Source: Cenococcum geophilum (Eukaryota). Taken from it: 64,000 bases of DNA. The translations under genes and the position numbers were made by a program. Under the pieces are notes generated by a model, which did not search any database, was not told the DNA's origin, and worked only from the letters and a program-made list of their open reading frames with translations. Location of the stretch: contig CP158635.1 of the NCBI GenBank assembly GCA_050273025.1, forward strand, positions 26,164,001 to 26,228,000, read 5' to 3'. This document shows, piece by piece, positions 51,863-64,000 of this stretch. Numbering within the stretch: the first letter of the stretch is position 1; every line of letters starts with the position of its first letter.

Positions 51863-53421
51863 GATTGGAAACGGGGACTTGGCCTCAGTTGGTGGAGTTG
51901 GTGGTAATGGTGGAGGTCGTCATGTTTTTGGGAGCAAACGGAGGGAGAGATGCGTGCAGCAAATGCAACTGCGAGTGGGCGGGTTAAAAGAAGAGGAAGC
52001 GGAGCTGTCAGAAGCGCACTTGAGCTTGCCGTGTTTACTGCAGCATCGTGGGATACTGTCGGCAGGACGAGCGGCCTAACGATGGGCGCCTCAAGCGCGA
52101 AAGGTACTGCAGAAAACAATGCAGCCCAGACGGTCAGCTGAATGGATATGTACAATGCGGGTATTGATTATTGCTTGCGTCGACAGGGCTGCGCGCTGCA
52201 GTCTGCAGTCAACCTAGCCAGCGCAGTGCAGGCTGATTCGGAAGTGGGACGGTGTCGTGCGTCAACAAGAGGCAGCACAGACAAGGGCAAGCCGTGACAA
52301 CGCGGGGAAGAATGGGGGGCTAGAGGCAGAGATGAAGCAGAAGCAGTCGAGGAATTTGTGCAGAAGAGAACAGGAAACGTTTCCGGAGGGGGGGGCGCTT
52401 TTTTGGTAGAGGGAGCGGACGGCGAGTAACTTTATGACCGTTGTGAAAAGTATTGTAGTACCCGCTCCCAAAGCTTGTCGACCCGGGTATCCCTGGGTCG
52501 AACAGCAGTAGTCGCCGCACGCAAGGCGCTGGTGGCTGGCTGTCATGAGAGCCCCGCCGGCCACCTCACGATAGGCTCTTTGTTCGGCCATTGACCACTG
52601 AGCCCGTCGCGCGCTCGGAATGGCTTCACAGTCGCAGTTGCTGAGCGTGTGGACAATCTCCAGGTCTCTGCCCAACCAACCCGCCGGGTTTGGGAATAGT
52701 GCCCGGATTGGCTTAACAGCGGGCCAGGCGCACCCACTACGGCCACTGTGGACGGTTTACTGAGGTCGCTGCTTGTTCCTGTCCCGCTACTCCATTTTTG
52801 AAACATGACCAAACGTCATCGCATCGTCGTTAATAATTTCGCCCATTTGGCCTCGCTCCACTCAATTTCGTCATTTCGCTCGCCATTTTGCCCGCCATTG
52901 CGCCCTTTGACTCAAGAAAACCTCTAGCAACAGTGTCTGCAGGCCCCTCCTTTGCCTGCCCAGCTTTTTGCTCGTTGCTCATTACTCATTGCTCATTCTG
53001 CCTGCTCCGCTTGCTGAGTCGTGCTTTTGCACAGCCGCCTCGATCCTCCCAATATCTCGCTTGATCAGTGTGGAGCAAGCGGCGGAGTCACAAACTGAGG
53101 ACAGCACAGCACAAATTTCCCGAGGATTTTCTCCAGTCAGTCAAAGTCAAGTCAGACTCGACAGGTCACAATTATCGCGAGCAGAGGTAATAGTCACCCA
53201 TTGGCTACAGACAAGGACATTTCCTGGACCGATGCATCCGGCGGGGAAAGCATCTCCACGCGAAGGATTTCAAGGCCGGCTAGGCATCCAAGGGTCAGAT
53301 TACGATACCTTGATGTACTTGGCCCTCAGCCTTGCTGCTTGCTGCTAGCTACTGGCGGCTGCCGTCAAAGGCCATGATTTCTTGGAACTGGTTAATTATA
53401 GCCCAAGTCGTTGCCGCGAGT

Positions 53422-53458
53422 TGCTGCAAATCGCTGCAAGTCGCTGCAAGTCGCTGCA
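53422..53458. repeat. 10-bp tandem repeat, ~4 copies
   Basis: GCTGCAAATC GCTGCAAGTC GCTGCAAGTC GCTGCAA. Confidence 0.8.
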
Positions 53459-55847
53459 ATCCCCACAAGGTAAGGTGGCCCCTGTGCGCCGCACTCAAAA
53501 GCCTATGGGCACAAGGCGAAGGAACTCGGCGAGTACGAGACGCTACACCGGTGAGCTAAGCATTAGCAGTGTCACGTAGCAGTACCGGCGGAATCGTCAG
53601 GCTTAGTTAGCAGAGTAGCCCAGAAAAAGTAGCCCAGCAGAGCCCAGCTGTGCTAGCCGATCCTTGTCCAGCCGGGCAGTTTTTCTTGCCAGCCAGCGCC
53701 CGTGCACCCGTCGGCAAAGGACCCCGTTGTTTTGTCGGGTACCTTGGTACACGTGGCGTCGGACACTCCATGTTAGCCGACGCCTTCGTCATCGTGGTCT
53801 TGGTTTGAAACGGGTCCAGGCAGATGGTTTAGCTTCGAATGATCGCCAGGGTTACCCCCCATCTCATCCCACGCCGATCTACAGCCCACCTTTCACATCT
53901 ACCGCCCCTATCCGTTGCGGTGAGACCTTCTTCGGCGCTTCCTCCGGCTTCCCTGAATGAGCCTGCGAAGCCTTGTAGGGTTGCCAGTGTCACAAACACA
54001 CAGAAAGAGGAACGCGGCCGCGAGATGCTGCACGCTCCACCCCACTCCTCACGAGATTACCGGCCGCGCTCCCAAAAGGTACCAGAGGCGCCGTGCGACC
54101 AATACGCGGTGCGACTGCAATCAAAATGCAATGCGCTGCACGGCAATGTCGCGTGCCTCGCGCCCCTCATCTGTCTGATCGAGCGAGGGTACAAGGGGGT
54201 AACATGAACGGATTTATTAGCGGCTCGGCGGATTTATAGGGAGAAAGTGAACATTCTCATACATTTGATGCCGAGGCGCTACTAACCCGCACATGTACCC
54301 CCCTTTGTACTCGCCAGCCCACGGGCTTCCAGAAGCAGGCCCCAGCCCCTGGTTCCTCGCACGAATCATGCTGCCGTTCCCCACAGTCCAGCGAGCGAGA
54401 TGCTGCGCGCTGCGTCAACCAAGGCCCTTTCCGCACACGGCGCATCTCGAACCGCCCTTTGCTCCAGAGGTCATCAGCTGACTCCAAGCGGTGTGATATT
54501 TTGCTGGCGGAACCACTAAAAACACCCAATGGGGGCCTTCCTTGGTCCAATATTCCCATCACATATAAGAAAACTTTATGCATTGCCGTCCAATTCTATC
54601 CTGACCTACTGCTTGAAGCGCTCCGGTACTCGTGTCGGCGTCAGCTGAATCTCCTGCCAATTCCCATCATTCCATGCCCACTGAAGGATTGAGATGGACG
54701 TTTCATGCAATCTGCCCCCTCCTTCCCCCCAAAACCTTGCCCCGTGGCTTTACCGCTGGGCTCTCCATCGTGTCAGTGTGTCACCTTCAATCCCCGATAT
54801 AGCAGTCCGCACGTAACTCCTCGCGTGCTCCGATAATGCGAACGCCTGTATGACTTGCAGCTAATCAGAGACATGACCAATATGGCCAATTTCGCCCCAC
54901 GCGTCATCTCACACCATTTGCTTCGCTTCCCGGGCCTTTTTGGGCTGCTGCGAATGGCGCATAAGGGTGTGTCACTGTTCACAGAGCCTCAACAATATGC
55001 TGTTGGGAAGGCGATTTCGGCGGAGTGGTGGCACATATTCACACAAGGCGCGATAAGAGCCTAAAAAGCACGGAGAAGGCAAATGGACGGAAGAAAATTT
55101 TTGTGCATGAGCTGAGCTGATCGCGCTTTCGCCTTGCGTCCAGCTAGCAACCCCAAATCTCGCGATCGATTCGATAGCATTACTCCACGAAATTTAACAA
55201 ATGGCCCGAGGTTACCCGGTAGGGCTCTTGTAAAGGAGAACATGATTCAGGATTCATATGGATGAGGCAAGCTAGTCGTGTATAGAATCCTATCGAATAT
55301 ACTCGGATGCCTTTTCTGGGAAACGCCAGGCCAAAAAAAAAAAAAAATTTACCCCAGAATTTCTCCTAGCTTTATCTTGACAACATTCTCGTGCTACTCG
55401 CCAAATCCCATCCCAACCGCTATCTGAAAGCGCGCGGATGGTGGGAATTTGTACCGATTTCAGCCTCCGCACGGTTGTCTTCTTTGGGAGGAACTCGGGC
55501 CGAGCCTGCTTCGTGCCCATCACCGAATGCTTGGGCAGTCGCACTCCCGTGTAGCCGGTCTAGACCTTTGCGGGGGCGTTGAGTCACACTGAAGAAATAT
55601 TCAGAAAGTTGTCATCAGAAGGCGACGGCCCACCGACAGACACGTCGTTGTCGAGAAATTCCTGTGTCACCGACAGTCTTTCCACAGCCCGGGAGTCGGG
55701 CCACTCTGCTCTTGGCTTCCCGTACAAATTTTGACCATTCCCTGGACCATCGGGAATATGCTGCAGCAACCGGTGAGCGGATCAGCCGAGCTACATTGTC
55801 GTACAAGGACCCTGACGGCAAGTTTTCCGGGTGAGGCCTCACCATTC

Positions 55848-57779
55848 TCACGTCGGCCCCACACAGCATGTAACGTCGTTGCGTGAGCTCGGATGTCCTG
55901 AGGCGACTAGCTTGGGAAGTGGAATTGTTGAAATCGACGAAGACGCAGCGGAGCAAGATCGCATCTGCACACTGTCGAGAAGAGCATCGTGCGCGATATC
56001 AGACGTGGGGCTCCCGTCGCCGCCTCCAAAGACAAACTCCTTCCACAACTCGTCGACTTCTTCGGTAATGTCCCGCGGCACTCCTGCTGGCTTCTGAGCC
56101 AAAGCGGCTCTCTGTCCAGAGGCCTTCGACAGAGCTTGAAGCGATTCATCGGAATGGAATGGCCTGCTACTAGACTCTACGGAGGATAAAGTGTCCACCA
56201 CCGTCTGGTCTCCGGCCGTACCACGCACTAAACCGATAGCATGACGATAAGAAACTCGGCGCTCTAGTTTGTCCTCTATGGGTTGTAGTCGCTGTAAGAA
56301 GCTCTCTTTGGAAACGTTTGTTGTGGTTGAGTGGCTCGAGCCATCACCAGAAATGACCAAGAATGTTTTCCACGGTGTGTCATCGACGATCCGAATTTCA
56401 CTGGGGCCATGCTCATGCACGATGAAGCCAGCAACATCCATCCTCTGGCAATCCCCGCCGTCCAGGTATGTCGCAGGTGCATTCGAACTAAGATCTGTCG
56501 CTGCATAATTGCCCTGCGAGACGCCTTGCGGAGATGCCGCTGACAAACCGAAAGGGGAGGATGGAAAAACGGGGCGAAATGAGCATGGTAAAGTCCTAAG
56601 TTGCTTTTTCGCATGAATATTTTTAGGGAGGGAGTCAAGGTAATCCTGTTGCTCTTCTTTGACAGATGCAGTGGCGACAGGGGGGGCTCCCCCAGTTCCC
56701 CCATGAATCCCCAGATCGTCATCCTTATTTTTCTTTAAATCCTGCGCCAAGCGGAGTTCTCCGCTGTCACTGAAAATAAACTTTCCCCCGTGCTGTCCGG
56801 AGCAAAGGGGCCTCGCGGAAGCGCCTCTCCAGGACTCCTGCGCGTGTGGCCCCATTATGGAACTGCCGATTGTCTCAGCAGAGCCGCTGTGCGCCTTACA
56901 TGAGTGTGCCTCATCGAAGACGTCAAATAACATAGGGTCTGGTGATTCTGACCGAGGTAAAGCTGCAGGCTGCACAGGCTTACTCCTTTCGGACGGCAGC
57001 TGGCTGGGTAATGCATCTGTTCCAATTCGTATTTTGATATCTTCCAAATCGGTCACAATCGCCCCGCTCATGAATGGCTCGCGAGCGTTGATCTCCGTAT
57101 CACGTAGGAAATGGCGCGTCATCATGTCGCCATCTTGTGGTAAGGGACGACTGTTAATTCTTCTCCTTTTCCCAATCCTCTCTTTCTCCTTGCATGATTG
57201 GAAATGCACATGGACGGGTCGGGACGGTGCGAGTCCAACCCAGTCCCGTCGCCCAAGCAGCTTTCTCCTGTTAGCCTCCAGAAAATGCTCCCCCGACAAG
57301 GATTCCGCAACTTTGCGTTTTCTTCGACTATTCTCCTGTCGGTTTGTCCGCTCTGTGAGACGTTAGTTAGCTGCTTCCCTGCGCCATGCGAAAGCGATCA
57401 AGTGCTTACGATATGCAGCAGGGCTACATCCTGTGATCCCTCCAACATCGTATCGAGAGTTATCGGTGAGCTTCGGGAATGCACTCATCTCACCAAACCG
57501 CTCGCCTTGAGAATTGAGCTTTTTGTCATAGTGGACTGATTTTTGAAGTCTCCTTGAATAACCGACACGTCCAGAGGACCTGTCACAAAATGGCGGCAGC
57601 TTTCTGCCTAAGCTGACATCGACTTCTTGCAGAAAACTCGGCCTGAAGGGGATGGTGTGCTGTGCTGTGCCATTTTGAAGCTGCGTACGGACCTTTGCGA
57701 AGTGCTGTTTCTGACGATTAATGACTCCATTCCCCGTGTTTCTTGAATGTCTTTGCAGCCTTCCTCCCGTCCAGTTCAT
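55848..57779 (-). CDS. conserved fungal protein with MNWxGG N-terminus, candidate HEIP1/REDIC1 (C12orf40)-like
   Basis: Exon 57779-57410 starts MNWTGGRLQRHSRNTGNGVINRQKQHFAKVR. Intron 57409-57353 (GTAAG...CTAAC...CAG) joins in frame to ORF 57299-55848 (RRKLLGRRDWVGL). True 3' end uncertain. Confidence 0.7.
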
Positions 57780-59043
57780 CCTTCCTATACGCTTTGAGCG
57801 CTGCTGGCAGACCCACTCATGTATCGTGGGGTGGGAAAAGGGTGTCAAAGGTGAGTGGTGAGTTCATGATGTTTTGACATTGGTAGTTGACAAAAAGCCC
57901 CGTGGCTTTCTTGAGCAAAAGCTACGCTTCATCCTCACCATGAATTTGCTTTCTATTGCCTCTCTTGCGGTGTAATTCGGTCGCCAAGAAAGGAGGGGAA
58001 ACACCGATTTCGTTTTTAATTAAATAGTCCCTTTCTTTCGAAGATATATCGGTACTGTCAATGAAAGAACCGGGATTGGCTGCGCAACCTTCCATCTCTG
58101 GGCTCACTTCCAAAGGCTCTCGTCTGCGCGTGGCCAGTTACACCACTGGTAGTGCGTAGCGCTACCCGGCCAGCACTACTGCAACCCTTTGTCCTATATA
58201 CTATCGCAATTTCCTAGATGCAGCCCACATCATTTCCCACTCAACCTCCATCATGGCAAAGCTAGCTCGCAGGGCCTACTCATTCCTCCGATCCACCGCA
58301 ACGTTGTATTGAACAGTAACCTCAACCAGGAGACTCCATCACAGGTTTACTCAAGTGGACGCGTCAATAGCACTGCAGCTACACGTGAAGGTGTCGATCA
58401 AGGCGCAAGAAGACAACTCTGGTTATCTCGACAGGAGCTTTCACTGCATGATGACCTCATAATGCAAAGGCGGTAGATTTCTACCAGGAATGCAGAGGGA
58501 GTGGGCTATTTTCAGCTCGTCGGGCTGCCTACCGATGTAGGTAGTATGTACAATTTTCTCGATATGGACTTATGCCATGGCTGGACGCCGTGTTGTGGTC
58601 GCAGTTCCCCCTGTCAAAGCAAGCCACCCGCCGCCGCCGCCGCATCAAAAAGTCTGGTTGCCATCGGGCCGCTGAACGGGGTTTTTAACGGTTGGAGGGT
58701 GTCTTGGTTTTGCTAGTGTATGAGGAAAATGAGGAGAAAGCGAGAGTCAGTAAGACGGCTGAACTGGACATGTGCTTATTATTGTGATAGGTCGCACAGC
58801 CAGCAGAAAGAGGCAAGTCGAATCTCACCGAGATTTCAAAGGACGAGAATTTCGAGCCGGGCCTTTCTCGAGCAGCGTATGACGGCCGGCCGCGGGGAAA
58901 AGTTCTCTGCGCATTTCTGGCACTTTTGCATTTCTCGTGGCTGCCACTGCTCCGTACCTGCAACTTCCGCCGCCTGTGGGCTGATGTGCCGGACCCTCGG
59001 ACTACTAAAAAGAGGGCCCCTTCCTCCTAATCAAGGCAAATTA

Positions 59044-59172
59044 GCGGGGTGGTGACGTCATGAGCCACCGAGTTTTCAACTGCCTCTCCACTGTTCACTT
59101 CTGCAAACCACTAAGGGTAGGAGCAATTGGTGACACAGCTATTGGTCACAGCTATTAGTGACAGCTATTGGG
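59044..59172. promoter_or_regulatory. motif cluster: SYGGRG, CRE palindrome and triple 13-bp repeat with inverted CCAAT boxes
   Basis: GCGGGG 59044-59049, TGACGTCA 59053-59060, ACAGCTATT(G/A)G at 59135, 59148 and 59161. Confidence 0.4.
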
Positions 59173-59632
59173 CTGGTGATGGCATCGAGGCAATTAATTC
59201 TCCCTCTCCCACCCCAATCCGCCCTTCTGCTCCCATGTCAGCTCCCAAGACCCGCCGAAATTCCAACTGCGGTTCGGCAAGGCGCAGCTAATGGCGCTGG
59301 ATGAGGAGCCACAACTACCAACCGCTGGCGGATGCTCCCAGATAATGATCTACCGCTCATCGAACTGTTCCTTTGATCGTCACAGCTTCGGCTCGGACCC
59401 GGTCCCTTTTCTCACCATCCTCAGCGCAATGACGAAAAAGTACCCGCTTTGCTCTTATTCTATTGATAAGCTCTAACGCTAGTATTTCACCACTTTCAGG
59501 GTCTGAAGGCAGCCAAGTCCACGTGGCAGCGTATATACTACTAATGCGACGATAAATTCCCTCTCTGTGCCTACTAGTTACTAGTCGCTTAGCAATGTAG
59601 CAGAATTATTGGATCCTTTCCGTTTACAAACC

Positions 59633-59672
59633 TCCACAGGTCCCACAGGTCCCACAGGTCCCCTAGGTCCCC
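59633..59672. repeat. 9-bp tandem repeat (CCACAGGTC) ~4 copies
   Basis: CCACAGGTC CCACAGGTC CCACAGGTC CCCTAGGTC upstream of the HAD gene. Confidence 0.8.
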
Positions 59673-59917
59673 TTAATCCATTCAGGCATACATCTAGTTC
59701 AGACATCCGACAACTAAACCTCCACCGCTATACCCACTTTTCTCTCCACAACTTTGGGTCTCCCTGAGTTAAGACCAGCCACACGAGTTTTGTGGAGTTT
59801 ATTTAAGACCAACACACTTCGCACCGACCGAAAGCTTTTTGTCTACATCATATCCACCTTTGATCTCTACTCTCTACCCTTCACTTCAATCAACACATCC
59901 CAAATCACCCTGCCAGC

Positions 59918-61267
59918 ATGTCCGCTCCATCTTTGATCGTTTCCGTAGGGGGACGCTTCATACGTCGCCTCAGCTCCAGCGAGGCTTCGAGAGAGAACTT
60001 CTCACTAGGGCCAACTGTAGTTGTTCCTCCGAAGCACCTAATGGCTCCCTCAAACGCCAACGAAGTTGCTACTTCTATGGAGGTTGCAAGACACGAACTT
60101 GACGACGCAGTATCGCCGTCAACTCCTCCCAACACACCCCCTGAAACTCTAATAACGGACAAGTACGCCTATGCCTTTGATATCGATGGCGTGCTCATTC
60201 GCGGCGGCAAGCCCATTCCAGAAGCCGTCGAGGCCATGAAGGTTCTCAACGGAGAGAATCAGTATGGCATCAAAGTGTGAATTGATATCTATCTAGATAC
60301 AGCATTACCCGTACTGACACCATTTAGTCCATATATTTTTGTCACAAACGGTGGCGGTAAGACTGAGCAAGAAAGATGTGTGCAACTCAGCCAGCAGCTC
60401 CAGATGGAAATTTCGCCCGGTCAATTCATCTGCGGCCACACCCCCATGCGGGAAATGGCTGAGAGGTACAACACTATTCTCGTCGTTGGAGGCGAGGGCG
60501 AGAAGTGCCGTCAGGTCGCCGAAGGCTACGGCTTCAAAGATGTTGTAACCCCTGGCGACATCATCAAAGACAATCAGGACACTACCCCATTCCGCAAGCT
60601 TACCGAAGAAGAATACAAGCATTCCCGCGCTCGAAACTTCGGCGAAACTGAAATCGAAGCCATATTTGTCTTTGCCGACAGCCGAGATTGGGCTTCCGAT
60701 CAGCAGATCATTCTCGATCTCTTGATGTCGAAGAACGGCCGTCTTGGTACGCGTTCCGAAACTTTCGAAGAGGGTCCTCCAGTCTTCTTTTCTCACAATG
60801 ACGTCGTCTGGAGTACGTCCCACGACCTAACCCGCATTGGCATGGGCGCGCTTCGCGTCTCCTTAGAGGCCATGTTCAAGGCTGTTACGGGGAAAGATCT
60901 CAAGACTACAGCCTTTGGCAAGCCTCAAATTGGCACCTTCCAGTTCGCCACCCAGCTCATACAGCAGTGGCGCAGGGACACTCACGGCATCGACTCTCCA
61001 CCTGATACCGTCTACTTTGTGGGCGACACGCCAGAGTCTGACATCCGCGGTACCAACGAGTTCGACAGCTGTACCGAAAACAGCTGGTACTCGATTCTTG
61101 TACGTACTGGCGTATTCCAAGAGGGCACCAAGCCGCGATTCGCACCGAAGGCTACCGTCGACAATGTCCTCGAGGCCGTCAAGCATGGCATGAAGCGCGA
61201 GTACAAGAAGGCCTTGAATGCAAGCTTTATCGACGTCGGTGGCGTGCAAGGCAGCGTGATTGAGTAG
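59918..61267 (+). CDS. HAD-superfamily subclass IIA hydrolase (CECR5/HDHD5-like), 2 exons
   Basis: AFDIDGVL (motif I), intron ~60277-60327, PYIFVTNGGG, FGKP, YFVGDTPESDIRG, SILVRTGV. Confidence 0.92.
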
Positions 61268-63708
61268 ATCTCCTCCATCCCCATTATATTCTCCGAATAC
61301 ATTTTACTTTCCCAAAAATTTAATTCCATATGGCATGGCTCTAAGCATTTTCCTTTCTCCCTTCATACCTCAGTGTTTCATATATCTTTTTTTTTAATCA
61401 TGATTCTCGCCTATTACGCGCATAGAAAGCAGCGAAAAGAGCGCATGGCGCAATTGCATTGTTTACGAGCGAACAGCCAAGCAATAGACTATTATAGACA
61501 GACACAATAGATGACCCAGGGGTGCATAAAAGCATAGACACGCGGACGCCAGGCTCGACGATCATCGTTCGGGGCAGAATCAACCAGGTACCTTTGTTCT
61601 ATGTAGGTAGCTCTATATGGCTTTGATGGGCTTAATTGTAATGCTTGTTTCGGATTTTAAGTAATTAAAACCGGAATCTCAATTCTAAGATTGTTTGATG
61701 TTTTGCCACTGTTCGGAATGTTGATAAAAAACAAAAAACTTCACAAGAACGCTATACGTTTGGTTACAAATCCCTAAGCATACACTAGGTGACTTCAAGA
61801 CATTCGCTTAAGTGCTAAACTAATTCGGCTCTCCCAGTGGCCCTAGCCTAGATACCATGATCGCTCATACCGTATTCCCCTCTTCAATAAGGATGGCCTT
61901 TTTGGCTACCCTTTTTTCTAGCGATTCTAGAGATTTCAGATGTGAACAAGCACCTAGCTAAAGAAAAGGTAGTCTTCTCAGTTTACTCGGCTCGGATGCC
62001 CTGTATTCATTGTTATATTTGCTCCTGCAGGGTGTATTGGGTTCCCGCAAGGGTTAGTCTGGGCCCAACCGCTTCACTTCCAACTATTAAATATTATGCT
62101 TCAAACTGTCCAAACCTTTCACTAGTCCGTATAAGCTTAGTTTAAGTATCCATTAACCCTGCCTTCTCGAGGCGTCTTTTTGTAAACTTACTCAGATCTG
62201 AGTAAAAAGCGGATGGTGTCGATTTCGTATCCTCTAGACAAGCAACCGCACAGACAGAACCAGCTTTGCACAAACAGCACCCATTACGTATACACGATCT
62301 CTACGACGAGGATAGAATACACTAGGTGGTCTAGTTTGAGATGCTAGGAGTAAGTTTTTCTGGCGTAACTCAATTTTTGCTCACCCGCTAGAAGTTTTGT
62401 ATCATTATAACCCACAACCCGATATTTGCAAAAAGGCAAGACCGCAATTCTACCCGTGCACTAATGCATCCTCGCTCGCTCTAGACGGTCCAACGAGCCA
62501 TGTGCTCAGCTGTTCGGTGCAGCTTCCCCCTTTCCGTGGCGCGCCGGCAGAACGCCTGGAAGTCAGACCACCTCAAATGGTGCTTGCTGCGGACGGATCG
62601 TCCAAACGAACTAATATATGGATGTGAAATTTCTTGGATGTCTCCGAGTCTTCTCATACATCCTAAAGCCTAGAGTCACAGTCCTAGAAGCTACTGGCGG
62701 GACTTCAATTACTTCCTCTAAAATCTAGCGTTGCTCCGTACTAATGTATGAAAGGGGGATGGTACGGCTCCGTGGAGCCCGAAGCAGGAAGAAAATGTAG
62801 GAAAGTATTGGCAGGGAGGAAGTTCTACACACATCCTCACTGAGCAATCCGAGTCAGAAAAGATCTAAGGGAGTCGATCCTGGAGGCCGAGCGAAAAGGA
62901 GAATTAGAAATATATCGGATCGTATTTGAGTATCCAACGATGTTGCCTTGGTAGGATTGGGTTCTGGTATGCCGACTCGGAAATAGGATTTATTTCCCAG
63001 TTGCTAGATGCTGCTAGTACTAAATCTACCATAAAAACTGGTTTTGGAGCATTGAAGGAGACAAGACCAGTATCCCCAGCGACACATCATCTGTTCAATT
63101 ACATGTGCTGTATATAGGGAGCGCAAGGGGATGCCCTCCCGTTTTCAGATTCAACACATCACTCCTCACTCCCACCAAGGTCTGGCCTAGCACAGTTTGG
63201 TGCAGGTATAATAAGAATTATGTTGCGCTCTCATTGGATTTCATACACGTCATTGTATCCGCCCATTTGCAGCTCTAGACGACCAAGAACAGTGAAAAGC
63301 ACACGCATGAAGGAGAGGGAAAAAGTACAAGAAAAACAAAAACAAAACAGCACACAAAAACCCAACATCAGGAGGTCGCTCAAAACGCCTAACATAGACT
63401 AGCTCCGGCTCCATTAACGCGCAGGACAATAAGAGATACTGGAGAGGGAAAAAAGCAAGATCGTGTCCCGGGAGTTTGCGTACGGAGAGAGGGAGATATG
63501 CTCGAGAGAAAACGCGAACGACAACCATTGGCTAGATATGCGTCGTACAGACGAAGATGTAAGTAAGATGGAGGATAGGACAGAAAGATGGATGATGAGA
63601 GCCCGAGCCCGAAGAGACGCCAGCAATGCCACGCAGCGGCCATTGAAACCTTCATTTTCCATGCAGAGGGCAAAATCCTGAAATCAACAGATGCGAATGC
63701 TTGCACGT

Positions 63709-64000
63709 CTATTGCTTAGTCCGGGTGAGTGTGGCGTTGCCTACGCTTCCCACCCGTCCGCTCGTCTTCCTGACGCCGTTCTTGCTTTCGGTGCTCCGCC
63801 GCGCTGGGCTCGACCGTGCCTTTCCCACGCTGATGTCACCGCGGCCGCTGCCTACGCTCTTGTCCCGCGCGGGCGTCTTCGGTCGAGCGCCTGTGATGCC
63901 TTTATTCTCCACGTCGCTGTCGCCACCGGGCACTCCCCATGCTGTGGTTGTTGTCGTTGATGTCATCGTTGTGCAGCTGACAGCGCGCCTCTTTTCCTTC
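63709..64000 (-). CDS. probable low-complexity C-terminus of a gene running off the right edge
   Basis: Frame is open from the window end to TAG at 63709-63711 (KEKRRAVSCTTMTSTTTTT...RTKQ*); 3'UTR-like sequence follows. Confidence 0.45.
   Translation of the reverse strand, partial: KEKRRAVSCTTMTSTTTTTAWGVPGGDSDVENKGITGARPKTPARDKSVGSGRGDISVGKARSSPARRSTESKNGVRKTSGRVGSVGNATLTRTKQ

Noticed and set aside
52262..55800. Many short ORFs upstream of PLC1
   Set aside because: No recognisable protein features; consistent with a long regulatory region.
61893..61908. GGCCTTTTTGGCTA resembling the U2 snRNA 5' stem
   Set aside because: The invariant downstream AGATCAAGTGTAGTA is absent.

Overview
Eukaryotic DNA from a filamentous ascomycete (Pezizomycotina), judged from short GT-AG introns with CTAAC branch sites, Zn2Cys6 factors and RIP-like C>T/G>A damage. 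About 18 spliced genes can be rebuilt by hand. Housekeeping blocks lie at 1-13 kb (peroxiredoxin-like protein, formaldehyde dehydrogenase, hexose transporter, NOP16, ZIP transporter) and 36-64 kb (amino acid permease, UPF1, IMP4, PLC1, HEIP1/REDIC1-like protein, HAD-IIA hydrolase). Between them, ~13.2-34.7 kb is an accessory-looking block. It holds a GH27 scrap, a Zn2Cys6 factor whose 3' end runs into an NLR-type TPR relic, piggyBac and Tc1/mariner relics, a secreted FAD oxidoreductase, an intact SesB-like pseudo-lipase/patatin fusion, a pseudogene, an MFS exporter and a second Zn2Cys6 factor. Features the ORF track misses include a spliced 101-aa secreted peptide with 10 Cys (1696-2055) and a ~1.15-kb inverted-repeat element in the formaldehyde dehydrogenase promoter. 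All family calls rest on motif recognition by eye; no database search was run.
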